This document shows positions 39,202 to 48,833 of a stretch of 64,000 nucleotides of DNA, piece by piece. The translations under genes were made by a program, and so were the position numbers. Under the pieces are notes generated by a model. It made no database searches and was not told the origin of the DNA. It saw only the letters and a list, made by a program, of their open reading frames with translations. The stretch is taken from the NCBI GenBank assembly GCA_963422525.1, contig OY730226.1, forward strand, positions 1,624,524-1,688,523. The letters run 5' to 3'. This DNA is from Dehalococcoidia bacterium. Its GTDB lineage: Bacteria; Chloroflexota; Dehalococcoidia; Lucifugimonadales; JADFKI01. Numbering within the stretch: position 1 is the stretch's first letter; each line of letters starts with the position of its first letter.

Positions 39202-39798
39202 ATGCGAGTGCGAGTATCGAATCTGATCCGCGAGACTAGGGAGACGCAGATTAGCGTTGAGGTGAACCTGGACGGGACGGGAGAGTATCGTATCGACACC
39301 GGCAACGGGATGTTCGATCACCTGTTGGCTCAGCTATCCAGGCACGGGCTGATAGACTTAACGGTCGCGGCGACGGGGGATACGCATGTCGGCTGGCATC
39401 ATCTGGTAGAGGATGTGGGTATTGTGCTAGGCAGGGCGTTGAAGGCGGCTGTGGGAGACGCTAGTGGCATACGAAGGATGGCGCACTCTTATGTGCCGCT
39501 GGACGAGGCGCTGGCGCTGACGGTTGTGGATTTTGGAGGGCGCGGGTATGCGGTTATAGACGCCGAGTTGTCGGACAGCGATTTGGGAGCGCTGCCCGCG
39601 GAACTCATACCGCATTTCCTGGAGACGATGGCGCGAGAAGGGGCGTTCAACCTACATGTGCGAATTCTGGCGGGGAGTAGTAACCACCACAAAGCGGAGG
39701 CGTTGTTTAAGAGCTTGGCTAGATCGCTGCGGGCGGCGCTGGAGGTGGACGAGAGGCTTGGTGGGGGAGTTGCAAGCACGAAGGGGAGTATTGGGTAG
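39202..39798 (+). CDS. hisB: imidazoleglycerol-phosphate dehydratase (monofunctional, no phosphatase domain)
   Basis: RETRETQISVEVNLDGTG, DTGNGMFDHLL, GDTHVGWHHLVEDVGI and NHHKAEALFKS. I placed the start at ATG 39202. Confidence 0.95.
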   Translation: MRVRVSNLIRETRETQISVEVNLDGTGEYRIDTGNGMFDHLLAQLSRHGLIDLTVAATGDTHVGWHHLVEDVGIVLGRALKAAVGDASGIRRMAHSYVPLDEALALTVVDFGGRGYAVIDAELSDSDLGALPAELIPHFLETMAREGAFNLHVRILAGSSNHHKAEALFKSLARSLRAALEVDERLGGGVASTKGSIG

Positions 39799-39810
39799 GG
39801 GGAAGCCCGA

Positions 39811-40689
39811 TTACGGGTGCAAACTTTCTTCATCTAACGGATACCAGAAGACTTTGCCTTCGTCAATTTCCGGTTGAATGCGGTTATCGACTCGAACGCC
39901 GGCTATGACCGGCCACGCGGTCTTTTGCGTGAACCTAGTTATAAGGTCGGCGTGCGTCAATGCCCTGTCGGTATCTCTGTCGTCGCAGGTATAGGACGCT
40001 TCTACCGCGATGTAGCATGTCTCACCGTCTTGGCGTTGAGTCTCGATGACAAGGTCGGAGCGATAGAAGCTTCGCCTGTCGTTCTTCGGAATTTCGGCGA
40101 GTTTTTCGTTGCCGTATGAGGACGCCATAGCGAGCAGTTCATTTTGCGTTACGACTCTGGCGGCAGTTTCTTCGAGATCAAGAGATTTGAAGTCGTTCAA
40201 GTCTATAGCGATGTTGATAAATTCCTTGACGGCAGCCGATTCCGCATAGTTCCATCTGAAGTTTCGGAAGTCATTGCTCATGCGGTTGATATTTTGCTCG
40301 ATTCGATCTATTCGTCGGTCGGTATCTTCGGCGTGGCGCGTCAGTTCCGAGACTTGCTCTGTCAGGGCATCTAGCCGCTCTGTCAGGGTGTCCAGCCGCT
40401 CTGTCAGTTCTGAGACTTGCTCTGTCAGGGCATCTAGCCGCTCTGTCAGGGTGTCCAGCCGCTCTGTTAGTTCCCCGACCCGCTCAGCCAATGCATCTAG
40501 CCGCTCTGTCAGGGTGTCCAGCCGTCGGTCAGTGGATGCTGTGTATTCGGCGAATCGCTGCGGCAGTTCCAGCAGCTCGGGGGTGAGTAGCTCGCGCCGC
40601 AGCTCATCGCGCCACTCCGGATGCTCACGCAACAGGCGGCTGAGATCTTGCATAGTGTTGATTGTCGTCATGTCTGCTTCTCCACACAT
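39811..40689 (-). CDS. coiled-coil protein with a C-terminal PD-(D/E)xK-like nuclease-fold domain (hypothetical)
   Basis: The N-terminus reads PEWRDELRRELLTPELLELPQRF, followed by heptad repeats (ERLDTLTERLDALTEQVSELT, 3 copies). The C-terminus SDLVIE...GETCYIAVEASYT...WPVIAG resembles a restriction-endonuclease-like core. An alternative start is ATG 40671. Confidence 0.6.
   Translation of the reverse strand: MCGEADMTTINTMQDLSRLLREHPEWRDELRRELLTPELLELPQRFAEYTASTDRRLDTLTERLDALAERVGELTERLDTLTERLDALTEQVSELTERLDTLTERLDALTEQVSELTRHAEDTDRRIDRIEQNINRMSNDFRNFRWNYAESAAVKEFINIAIDLNDFKSLDLEETAARVVTQNELLAMASSYGNEKLAEIPKNDRRSFYRSDLVIETQRQDGETCYIAVEASYTCDDRDTDRALTHADLITRFTQKTAWPVIAGVRVDNRIQPEIDEGKVFWYPLDEESLHP
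40341..40529. repeat. 3 x 63-bp tandem repeat (built from 21-bp sub-repeats) inside the coiled-coil CDS
   Basis: Units are 40341-40403 and 40404-40466 (near identical) and 40467-40529 (diverged). They are in frame, with 21 aa per unit. Confidence 0.9.
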
Positions 40690-40886
40690 TTAGTATAGCG
40701 CGCCGTTCGGTTCGTTTCAATGAATAGATGCTCCCGGTTGTAAGGGCAAGGCAAGAGCGAAGCAAGTGGATGAGCGGCTGGGCGGGGAGCGTGAGGGGAA
40801 GCATTGGGAGAGGGTATGACATCGGTAACAGGGTGGGGAGGATTTTGGGGATATAGGGGCAAACTACAAGGGTTGCCCCTATATTG

Positions 40887-41141
40887 CTAGGTGGCAAGGG
40901 GTTCGAGGTCGAAGCGATAGTCTTCGATGACGGGGTTGGCTAGGAGTTTGTCGCACATTTCTTGGACTTGCCGGGATGCTGCGGATTTAGTGTCGGCGTG
41001 GAGGGTGATTTCCATGTACTTGCCAGCGCGAACGGTGGTTACGGCGTTGTAGCCGAGCTGGTGGAGGCCGCCGCGTATGGTCTGCCCTTGCGGGTCGCTG
41101 ACGGTGGGGCGGGGGCGGATATAGACTTTGGCGAGGTACAT
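40887..41141 (-). CDS. purS: phosphoribosylformylglycinamidine synthase subunit PurS
   Basis: 84 aa, YLAKVYIRPRPTVSDPQGQTIRGGLHQLGY...VRAGKYMEITL, the typical PurS sequence. Confidence 0.9.
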   Translation of the reverse strand: MYLAKVYIRPRPTVSDPQGQTIRGGLHQLGYNAVTTVRAGKYMEITLHADTKSAASRQVQEMCDKLLANPVIEDYRFDLEPLAT

Positions 41142-41203
41142 TGCGCTCCTAAAGCCTGGGCTGGGATGGACAGGTTTTGTTCTTAGTTCTCAGTATTCAG
41201 TTT

Positions 41204-41269
41204 GCCCTAACCCTAGCCCCTCTCCCTCTGGGAGAGTGAACTTTCCAGTCTCATCAGAGGGGGAGGGGG
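41204..41269 (+). repeat. REP-like element with a 14-bp inverted repeat (CCCCTCTCCCTCTG / CAGAGGGGGAGGGG)
   Basis: In the purS-downstream spacer. The arms are at 41217-41230 and 41255-41268, with one mismatch. Confidence 0.65.
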
Positions 41270-41276
41270 TTGCTTG

Positions 41277-41828
41277 CTAGGGCGATTGGGCTGTGTTAGT
41301 TGCAATGAAGGCACGGATTTGAGATTCGTCGAAGGTTTCCATAGCCTTGTTGTCGGACGCGCCGACGAGCAGAAGCTTGGATTGCATGTTTAGCTTGGGA
41401 GTGACGCCAACGATTTTGCCGTCGTCTTCGAACTCTTGCGCTATGCTGTTGAGCTGCGTCACGAGATCGTCGCATCCGTCGGGACAGTTATAGTATATAT
41501 CCACACCGCCGAGTATAGGATTGGGTGGCGCGGGAGGTGGGGCGATGCTTTGAGCGGTTGTCTCAACTTTGGGAGCTTCGGCTGCGCTGGTCTCGGCTCT
41601 GGGGGCTTCGGCTGCGCTGGTCTCGAAGATGTCGCCGGAGCCGGAGCTGCCGAAGAGCGAGTCTAACGGCAAGCCGGGCAGAACGAGGCTGATGATGAGC
41701 AGAATGGCGACAATGCCGGCGGCAGAAAAGCCACCAATGGCGAGCATTCGCTTGCGGCGCGTTTGCCGTCTTCTGCGGGCTGCGCGCACTTGCGTTGGGG
41801 TTGGTCTTCTTCTTGCGCCGGTAGTCAT
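41277..41828 (-). CDS. hypothetical N-terminally membrane-anchored protein
   Basis: A basic N-terminus plus TM helix, a tandem ETSAAEAP(R/K) repeat (2 x 30 bp at 41570-41629) and a C-terminal domain with CPDGCDD. No family recognised. Confidence 0.5.
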   Translation of the reverse strand: MTTGARRRPTPTQVRAARRRRQTRRKRMLAIGGFSAAGIVAILLIISLVLPGLPLDSLFGSSGSGDIFETSAAEAPRAETSAAEAPKVETTAQSIAPPPAPPNPILGGVDIYYNCPDGCDDLVTQLNSIAQEFEDDGKIVGVTPKLNMQSKLLLVGASDNKAMETFDESQIRAFIATNTAQSP

Positions 41829-41883
41829 TGTTTGTTCACCAGATTAGAGCGACTAATATGGATGTGGAGATTGGAAGGATTTT

Positions 41884-41919
41884 ACCCTCGCCCTAGCCAT
41901 CTCGCAGAGGGGGAGGGGG
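41884..41919 (+). repeat. REP-like hairpin element
   Basis: accctcgccctagccatctcgcagagggggaggggg. Confidence 0.6.
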
Positions 41920-41943
41920 CTAATAGGAAGGAATGTTTGTTTT

Positions 41944-42819
41944 CTAGGATAATGCGTTGCCGGTCAAGCGGCGGTAGGCTTCTAGGTAGCGTTCGTGGGA
42001 TCTAGCGACTACATCATCAGGCAGATCAGGGGCGGGCGGTTCATGGTCCCAGCCTGCGGCGTCGAGCCAGTCGCGGACGAACTGTTTGTCGTAATTGGGC
42101 TGCGACTTGCCAGGGGCGTAGCCGTCCATATCCCAGAAGCGGCTGGAGTCGGGTGTCAACACTTCGTCGATGAGCGAAAGCTCGCCGTCAATCATTCCGA
42201 ACTCGAATTTGGTATCTGCGATGATGATGCCTTTGTCCTTGGCGAAATCGCGGGCGGCCACATAGACATCCTTGGACGCCTTTGCGAGACGCGCGGTCAA
42301 TTCTTTGCCTACGAGGTCTTCCATCTGAGCGATGGTGATGTTCTCGTCGTGTCCTTCTTCCGCCTTCGTGCTGGGTGTAAAGAGCGGATCAGGGAACATA
42401 TCACCTTCGCGCAGTCCTTCCGGCATTGGTTGACCGGCGACTGTACCGCTGCGGCGGTACTCCGACCATGCTGAGCCGGTGATGTAGCCGCGCACAATGC
42501 ACTCTATATCTATGCGCTCGGCGCGCTTGACGACCATGGAGCGGCGGGCGATTTCGTCCGACAGGTTGAGGCTCCTGTCCTCAGTTGCGAGCGACACGAA
42601 GTGGTTGGGGACGATGCGTGCGGTCTTGTCGAACCAGAATGCGGAAATCTGGCAGAGCACGGCGCCCTTTTCGGGGATGCCTGTCGGCAGCACTATATCG
42701 AAGGCGGATATGCGGTCGGTTGCTACCATGAGCAGCAAGCCGTCGCCGAGGTCGTAGGTATCGCGCACCTTGCCCTGATAGAGGCGGTTTGGCAGGGTAG
42801 TCTCTCGGATTGTGGTCAT
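41944..42819 (-). CDS. purC: phosphoribosylaminoimidazole-succinocarboxamide synthase
   Basis: YQGKVRDTYDLGDGLLLMVATDRISAFD and IIADTKFEFG, the long-form PurC. Confidence 0.95.
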   Translation of the reverse strand: MTTIRETTLPNRLYQGKVRDTYDLGDGLLLMVATDRISAFDIVLPTGIPEKGAVLCQISAFWFDKTARIVPNHFVSLATEDRSLNLSDEIARRSMVVKRAERIDIECIVRGYITGSAWSEYRRSGTVAGQPMPEGLREGDMFPDPLFTPSTKAEEGHDENITIAQMEDLVGKELTARLAKASKDVYVAARDFAKDKGIIIADTKFEFGMIDGELSLIDEVLTPDSSRFWDMDGYAPGKSQPNYDKQFVRDWLDAAGWDHEPPAPDLPDDVVARSHERYLEAYRRLTGNALS

Positions 42820-42928
42820 CTCTGGAATTGCTCCTTCTAAAATCCTAACATCGATGGACAGGGTGGGGAAGGTTTATAATTCTCCCTATCCTTTCGGCAA
42901 GCTCTGGGCAGAGCAACCACGCCGGTTG

Positions 42929-42959
42929 CCCTTACGCCTTCGCCCTTGATGGGGGAAGG
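42929..42959 (+). repeat. REP-like hairpin element
   Basis: cccttacgccttcgcccttgatgggggaagg. It is preceded by a GGGCA...CAACC-acgcc-GGTTGCCC hairpin at 42906-42931. Confidence 0.45.
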
Positions 42960-42968
42960 AACTTTGGG

Positions 42969-43427
42969 TTAGCGGTTTTTCAGGCTTTGGCGATATTCGT
43001 CGTAGGCGCTACGGATGTCATCATGCTTGATGCCGAGAATTTGGGCTGCGAGGAAGGCGGCGTTTCGCGCGCCCCAAGAGCCGACGGCTACGCAGGCGAC
43101 GGGGATGCCGGGGGGCATCTGCGCGATGGCATAGAGGGCATCGACGCCGTTGAGGTCGCTGCTTGGCAACGGCACGCCGATGACGGGTAGGGTAGTCCAT
43201 GACGCCACAACGCCCGGCAAGCCGGCTGAACCGCCGGCGGCGGCTATGAGCGCTTCTATGCCTTTATCACGCGCGCCGGTTACATACTCCATCACCTTTT
43301 CGGGGGTGCGGTGCGCCGACGCGACTATGACTTCGTTCTCGATTCCCATCTGCTCCAGCACGCTGACCGTTTCGGCGACTATCGCCTCATCGGAACTGCT
43401 GCCCATTATGACGCCCACCAGTGGCAT
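42969..43427 (-). CDS. purE: 5-(carboxyamino)imidazole ribonucleotide mutase
   Basis: VGVIMGSSSD..., SAHRTP and AGGSAGLPGVVAS. Confidence 0.95.
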   Translation of the reverse strand: MPLVGVIMGSSSDEAIVAETVSVLEQMGIENEVIVASAHRTPEKVMEYVTGARDKGIEALIAAAGGSAGLPGVVASWTTLPVIGVPLPSSDLNGVDALYAIAQMPPGIPVACVAVGSWGARNAAFLAAQILGIKHDDIRSAYDEYRQSLKNR

Positions 43428-43532
43428 TTGTCTTATCTCCTTGCTTGTTAGGTTTTTATCTCTTTATGAAGTGGTGATTAACATGTTTATAAGACGAAAT
43501 ATAATATGGATGTACAAGATTGGGAGTATATT

Positions 43533-44855
43533 TCACTCGCATCCTAGCCTCCCCACAGAGGGTAAGGAAATTATGGAATAGGGGCTGGCGATGTCGGTAC
43601 GATAGAAGCCGTCCTTGAATGTTATGCGCTTGATGTTGCGGTATGCGATGGAGCGAGCTTGCGCTATGTCGTCGCCTAGCGCGGCTACGGTTAGCACGCG
43701 ACCGCCGTCGGTTAAGACTGCCCGGCTGCCATTGGCGTCATCGGCAAGCTTTGTACCGGCGTGGAATACGATAGCGTCGGTGTCCACATCTTCCAAGCCG
43801 TCGATGGCGTGGCCGGTAGTGTAGGCGGAAGAAGGGTAACCGCCGGATGCCGCGACTACGCCGACGCAGGGTCGGCTGTCCCATTTGATTTTCATGCCTT
43901 GCAGTTCGCCGCTCGCGGTGGCGAGCAGGACTTCGGCAAAGTCTGTTTCGAGGCGCGGCAGGATGACCTGCGTTTCGGGGTCGCCGAGCCTGCAATTGAA
44001 CTCGAGCGCCTTTGGGCCTTCGTTGGTGACCATCATACCGAGGTAGAGCACGCCCCGATAGGGGCATCCGATGTTCACCATGCCCTGCGCGACAGGCTCC
44101 ATAATACTGCTGCGCACCAGCGATTCGATGTCGGGGTTCCAACGATGAGGCCGGGGTGGGCTGAAGCTACCCATGCCGCCGGTGTTGGGTCCGGCGTCGC
44201 CGTTACAGGCGCGCTTATAGTCGCAGGCAGCGACCATTGGGGATACATAATCGCCGTCAACGAAGGCGAAGACGCTGACTTCCTCGCCTTGAACGCACTC
44301 TTCGATCAGTACGGTGTCGCCGGCAGCGCCGAACCGTCGGTCTAGCATGCACTCGCGTAGGGCATTGAGGGCGTCATCGGGCGTCTGCGCTACGGTTACG
44401 CCCTTGCCAGCGGCGAGGCCGTCTGCCTTGACGACAATGGGCATGGGGCAGTTATCGAGGTATGCGCGCGCCTCAACGTAGTCGGTGAAGGTTTTGGATG
44501 CGGCGGTTGGGACGCCACAGTCTGTCATGAGCCCTTTGGCGAACGCCTTGCTACTCTCGATGCGGGCTGCTGCTTGCGTGGGTCCGAAGGCGAGCAAGCC
44601 TGCATCCGAGAAGGCGTCAATGATGCCGATGGAGAGTGGGACTTCGGGGCCTATGACCGTGAGGGCTATGAAGTTGTCGCGCGCAAACTCAATGAGCGCG
44701 GCGATATCTTCTGCGCCAATCGTGATGTTCTGCGCGATGGCGTGAGTGCCGGCGTTGCCGGGAGCGACGAAAATCCGCTCGACGGTCGCGCTCTGCGAGA
44801 GCTTCCATGTGATGGCATGTTCGCGCGAGCCGTTGCCAACAACAAGGATTTTCAT
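43533..44855 (-). CDS. purD: phosphoribosylamine--glycine ligase
   Basis: MKILVVGNGSREHAI, an ATP-grasp core and GGMGS. The last 11 or so codons and the stop lie in a REP-like element. Confidence 0.95.
   Translation of the reverse strand: MKILVVGNGSREHAITWKLSQSATVERIFVAPGNAGTHAIAQNITIGAEDIAALIEFARDNFIALTVIGPEVPLSIGIIDAFSDAGLLAFGPTQAAARIESSKAFAKGLMTDCGVPTAASKTFTDYVEARAYLDNCPMPIVVKADGLAAGKGVTVAQTPDDALNALRECMLDRRFGAAGDTVLIEECVQGEEVSVFAFVDGDYVSPMVAACDYKRACNGDAGPNTGGMGSFSPPRPHRWNPDIESLVRSSIMEPVAQGMVNIGCPYRGVLYLGMMVTNEGPKALEFNCRLGDPETQVILPRLETDFAEVLLATASGELQGMKIKWDSRPCVGVVAASGGYPSSAYTTGHAIDGLEDVDTDAIVFHAGTKLADDANGSRAVLTDGGRVLTVAALGDDIAQARSIAYRNIKRITFKDGFYRTDIASPYSIISLPSVGRLGCE
43534..43567 (+). 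repeat. REP-like hairpin element overlapping the purD 3' end
   Basis: cactcgcatcctagcctccccacagagggtaagg. Confidence 0.6.
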
Positions 44856-45274
44856 TCGATCTGCGCCTCATCTATGAGCGTACCCGCCGGCTGCGTCTTT
44901 TTGACGAGCTTGCCGGAAGACACCTCTAACATGTGGGTATTCAGGGTTTTTTTGTCGTTTTTGTCAGATACTTGTAGGCAGGCGTCCGCGCCGAGTGAGT
45001 CCAGCTCCAGCAGTGTGCCGATAGCGACGAACGCAACATCCGCCATTTCGTCCGCTGCTTGCTCAATACAGCCTTGATTAATCTCTTTGGCGTGCTCCCC
45101 GGTCTCTTCAATCAGAAATGCCAGACGGGTGTTCAGGCGAGGAAACACGGTGCTACGGGGAGTTTTTTCGTTGAAGTTAGGTATATCAAAGCGGGCGTGG
45201 AAATCGTACACGCTTTCGGCAAGGCGTGAAATGGCGGCAACGAAATCCTTTTTATCTACGGGGTTGGCTGACAT
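44852..45274 (-). CDS. MazG-like all-alpha NTP pyrophosphohydrolase
   Basis: LAFLIEETGEHAKE...AADEMADVAFVAIGTL is the EExxE...D pattern of MazG/HisE-like proteins. It has a 4-nt overlap with the purD start. Confidence 0.65.
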   Translation of the reverse strand: MSANPVDKKDFVAAISRLAESVYDFHARFDIPNFNEKTPRSTVFPRLNTRLAFLIEETGEHAKEINQGCIEQAADEMADVAFVAIGTLLELDSLGADACLQVSDKNDKKTLNTHMLEVSSGKLVKKTQPAGTLIDEAQIE

Positions 45275-45288
45275 CTGTTTTTCCTAGC

Positions 45289-46953
45289 CTACTCCCATTC
45301 GATGGTGCCCGGTGGCTTGCTGGTGATGTCGTATACGACACGGTTGACGCCGGGGACTTCGTTGGCGATGCGGTTGGAGATGTGCCCGAGCACATGGTAG
45401 GGGACGCGTGCCCAGTCGGCGGTCATGGCGTCTTCGCTGCTGACGGCGCGGATGGCGATGACGTGGCCGTAGGTGCGGAAGTCTCCGGTTACGCCGACGC
45501 TGCGAGAATCGGTCAGCACTGCGAAACTCTGCCAAATCTCTCGGTAGAGATTATTCTTGCGAACCTCTTCTATGACGATGGCGTCCGCGTTCCGGAGGAC
45601 GCTCAGCTTGTCATGCGTAACTTCGCCCATAATGCGAATGGCTAAGCCGGGGCCGGGGAAGGGTTGGCGATAGACAATCTCTTCGGGCAAGCCCAGCTCT
45701 AAGCCGACGCCGCGCACTTCGTCCTTGAACAGGTAGCGCAGCGGCTCTACGAGTTTAAGTTTCATATGCTCCGGAAGTCCGCCTACATTGTGGTGGGTTT
45801 TTATTTTCGCGGACGCAGAGTTGTCAGCGGTTTCGCTCTCTATGACATCGGGGTAGAGCGTGCCCTGCGCGAGGAAATCGACAGCGCCGATACGCGCGGC
45901 CTCTTCATCGAAGACACGGATGAACTCTTCGCCAATGATTTTGCGCTTCCGCTCCGGGTCAACGATGCCTCTGATCGCGCCGAGGAAGTTTTCGGCAGCG
46001 TCGGAGTACACGAAGTTTGCCTCGAAGTGGCGTTCGAAAGTATCGCGCACAGCCCGCGGCTCGCCCTTGCGCATCATGCCGTTGTTCACGAAAATGCAGG
46101 TGAGGCGGTCGCCGACGGCTTGCTGGACTAGGGACGCCGCCACAGCGGAGTCAACGCCGCCGGATAGGGCGCAGATTACCTTGCCGTCGCCGACTTGCTC
46201 GCGCACACTTTTGATGCTGTCAGTGACGAAGTTACTGGGTGTCCAGAGGGCTTCGCAGCCGCAAATCTTGTACAGGAAGTTTTCGAGTATGGTCTTGCCT
46301 TGCGGGGTGTGTACGACTTCGGGGTGAAACTGCAAGCCGAACATTCCAGCGCCGTTGCCCATAACGACGATGGGGGAGTTCTCGGAGTGGGCGAGGGACT
46401 TGAAGCCGGGCGGCGTCCGCTCGATACGGTCGCCGTGACTCATCCAGACAGGTATGGATGCGGGCAGGTCGTGAAACAGCAGGTTTTCGTCATCGTGGCT
46501 GATGTCTATGCGCGCGTTGCCATATTCTTTGCGGTCGCTGGGGGCTACTTTGCCGCCGAGTTGGTGCGCCATGACCTGCATGCCGTAGCAGATGCCGAGC
46601 GCCGGCAATCCGGCGTCATACACCCAAGAGGGCGCAAGGGGAGCGTGCGGCTCATAGACTCCGGCGGGGCCGCCTGACAGGATAACGCCCTTAGGGTTGA
46701 GGCGCGCTACGGATTCCCAGTCGGCGGTATGGGGGATAATCTCGCAATAGACATTGCTTTCGCGCACGCGTCGGGCGATGAGCATGCTGTACTGCGAACC
46801 GAAGTCTATGACCAAGACAGACTCGCGCTGAACGCGCGCTGCCGCATGGACATCGGCAATCGTATTGCTGTCTATGGAGTTGGATTCTCGCAAGATATAC
46901 CTACCGCGAGGGCGGGTTGTTTCGCCGACGCTCTCTACGGGCGTTTCGCCCAT
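45289..46953 (-). CDS. guaA: GMP synthase (glutamine-hydrolysing)
   Basis: GATase domain (GICYGMQ), ATP-PPase SGGVDS and the C-terminal dimerisation domain ending PPGTIEWE. The start may lie downstream of the track ATG. Confidence 0.95.
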   Translation of the reverse strand: MGETPVESVGETTRPRGRYILRESNSIDSNTIADVHAAARVQRESVLVIDFGSQYSMLIARRVRESNVYCEIIPHTADWESVARLNPKGVILSGGPAGVYEPHAPLAPSWVYDAGLPALGICYGMQVMAHQLGGKVAPSDRKEYGNARIDISHDDENLLFHDLPASIPVWMSHGDRIERTPPGFKSLAHSENSPIVVMGNGAGMFGLQFHPEVVHTPQGKTILENFLYKICGCEALWTPSNFVTDSIKSVREQVGDGKVICALSGGVDSAVAASLVQQAVGDRLTCIFVNNGMMRKGEPRAVRDTFERHFEANFVYSDAAENFLGAIRGIVDPERKRKIIGEEFIRVFDEEAARIGAVDFLAQGTLYPDVIESETADNSASAKIKTHHNVGGLPEHMKLKLVEPLRYLFKDEVRGVGLELGLPEEIVYRQPFPGPGLAIRIMGEVTHDKLSVLRNADAIVIEEVRKNNLYREIWQSFAVLTDSRSVGVTGDFRTYGHVIAIRAVSSEDAMTADWARVPYHVLGHISNRIANEVPGVNRVVYDITSKPPGTIEWE

Positions 46954-47044
46954 ATCTTAACCTTCCTCCATGGAAGGAAGGAGCAAATGAGAAGCGCTTA
47001 AAATTTACCATCTATGCTATACTAATTCAACCAAAATTGAGGGG

Positions 47045-47677
47045 TTGATGCACGGTTTGCCGCAAGACAACGCACTGAACAAGCAGATAGAAACCGCCGT
47101 AAAAACCCTGAAGGATGGCGGCGTTTGCGCCATTCCGACCGATACGCTGTACGGTCTTGCGGCTTGCGCGTTCAACGAGGCGGCGGTGGCGAAGGTGTAT
47201 GAGCTGAAGGGGCGCCCGGAGGGGATGGCGCTGCCGCTGCTGCTGTCGGGCGCTGCGGAATTGAGGGTTTGCGCGTCTACGATACCGCAGGACGCATGCA
47301 TGCTTGCTGATCGGTTCTGGCCGGGCGCCTTGACGATGGTGCTGCGAAAGTCCGAGGCTGTTTCGCTCGTGGTCACGGCAGGGATGGACACGGTGGCGGT
47401 GCGCGTTCCGGACCATGCGATACCGCGCGCCATCGCAAGGAGATTGGGAGCGCCGATTACGGGCACAAGCGCGAACCGCAGTGGCAAGCCGGGACTTACT
47501 AGCGCGGCAGCGGTGCGTGATGAGTTCGGGGATGCGATAGATTTTGTGCTCGACGGAGGAGATGCGCCGGGTGGAGTGGCATCTACCATACTCGACCTGA
47601 GCGACGGGACGCCGAGGATGCTGCGGGAGGGAGTGGTGTCGTGGGGGGATATTGAGGCAGTGTTGGGAGGAGGCTGA
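47045..47677 (+). CDS. tsaC: L-threonylcarbamoyladenylate synthase (YrdC/Sua5 family)
   Basis: GGVCAIPTDTLYGLAA, KGRPEGMALPLL, PGALTMVL and SANRSG. Confidence 0.9.
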   Translation: MMHGLPQDNALNKQIETAVKTLKDGGVCAIPTDTLYGLAACAFNEAAVAKVYELKGRPEGMALPLLLSGAAELRVCASTIPQDACMLADRFWPGALTMVLRKSEAVSLVVTAGMDTVAVRVPDHAIPRAIARRLGAPITGTSANRSGKPGLTSAAAVRDEFGDAIDFVLDGGDAPGGVASTILDLSDGTPRMLREGVVSWGDIEAVLGGG

Positions 47678-47795
47678 CACGGGTGGCAGAGTGGAAAGCA
47701 TCGCGTAGCGAGGGAGTGTCGTATATGAGAATTGAAGATGGTGGAGGGTTACTATTGAATCGCTCCGATGACGGGCATGAGCAAAACCGGTTGGT

Positions 47796-48830
47796 GTGAG
47801 ATTGACTACATCCGGCTACATAATAGATGAACTGAGGGAGCGAATTGACGCTGATCTAGCCGCTGTCATCGCTGCGCGCGACTTTCCGTTTTATCGGATG
47901 ATGTCTTACCATCTGGGTTGGAGTGGCGCTAGTGGTGAGGCGGAAGCATCGCCGAGCCGATCAGAGCGGATTCACGGGGTGATGACGCTGCTTTCGTGCG
48001 CTGCGGTCGGGGGTGATATCGAGACGTGCCTGCCCGCTGCCGGAGCGATCGAGCTGGTGGATAAGTTCACGGAGATTCACGACGATGTGCAAGAGGGCAG
48101 CCCACGGCGCAACGAGCGCGATGCCGTCTGGTGGGTCTGGGGGCCAGCACAGGCAATCAACGCTGGGGACGGCATGCACGCCTTGGGGCGGTTGGCGCTT
48201 CTGCGGCTGTTGGAGCGTGGGATATCGGAGGAGCGTGTATTTAGGGCGCTACGGCACCTGGATGAGGCAAGTTTGCGGACTTGCGAGGGACGATTTCGTG
48301 ACTTGGAGGCTCAGGAGCGTATTGACTTGAGCGTGTCAGCCTATATGAAGATGGCTGCCGATAAGTCGGGGGCGCTGATGGACTGCGCCATGCGAGTAGG
48401 GGCGCTAATTGGTGGAGCTGGAGACGAGGCGGTCGAGGCGTTGGCGGGCTGTGGCAGCAATTTGGGCATCGCATTGCAAATTCGCTCCGACCTTGCGGCA
48501 ATATGGGGATATGGCGAAGATTCGCAGCCGAATGTCGAGGTGCTGAACAAGAAAAAGCTGCTGCCGGTGGTAATCGCGCTTGAGAACGCCTCAATCAGCG
48601 AGAAGCGCGCGATGGGTGAAATCTACTTCAAGCGGGTGCTTGAACCGGAAGATGCGCTGAAGCTGCGCGGCGTTATAGATGCGCAGGGGGCGCGCAGCGA
48701 ATGCGAGGGTATGGCGGTGGCGCTTATATCAGACTCTATAGCGAAGTTAGACCACTACGGCGTGAGCGGGGAGGGCAGGGAGCGTATCGCAGAGTACATT
48801 GGATTGCTGGCGGGGGTATCGGCGGAGTAG
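47796..48830 (+). CDS. polyprenyl-synthetase-like protein with degenerate Asp-rich motifs
   Basis: IELVDKFTEIHDDVQEGSPRRN resembles the first Asp-rich motif. The position of the second motif reads LQIRSDLAAIW instead of DDxxD. Confidence 0.6.
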   Translation: MRLTTSGYIIDELRERIDADLAAVIAARDFPFYRMMSYHLGWSGASGEAEASPSRSERIHGVMTLLSCAAVGGDIETCLPAAGAIELVDKFTEIHDDVQEGSPRRNERDAVWWVWGPAQAINAGDGMHALGRLALLRLLERGISEERVFRALRHLDEASLRTCEGRFRDLEAQERIDLSVSAYMKMAADKSGALMDCAMRVGALIGGAGDEAVEALAGCGSNLGIALQIRSDLAAIWGYGEDSQPNVEVLNKKKLLPVVIALENASISEKRAMGEIYFKRVLEPEDALKLRGVIDAQGARSECEGMAVALISDSIAKLDHYGVSGEGRERIAEYIGLLAGVSAE

Positions 48831-48833
48831 GCG

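Noticed and set aside
40341-40529. Regularly spaced tandem repeats that might be a CRISPR array. I considered 54067..54167 and 55629..56472 in the same way.
   Set aside because: All are contiguous in-frame coding repeats of 63, 30 and 405 bp with no unique spacers. No cas genes are present.
46954-47044. The palindrome CCTTCC-TCCATGGA-GGAAGG at the guaA 5' end as a regulatory hairpin.
   Set aside because: It is largely the SD (GGAGGAAGG) plus its chance complement. It is too short for me to argue a regulatory role from sequence alone.
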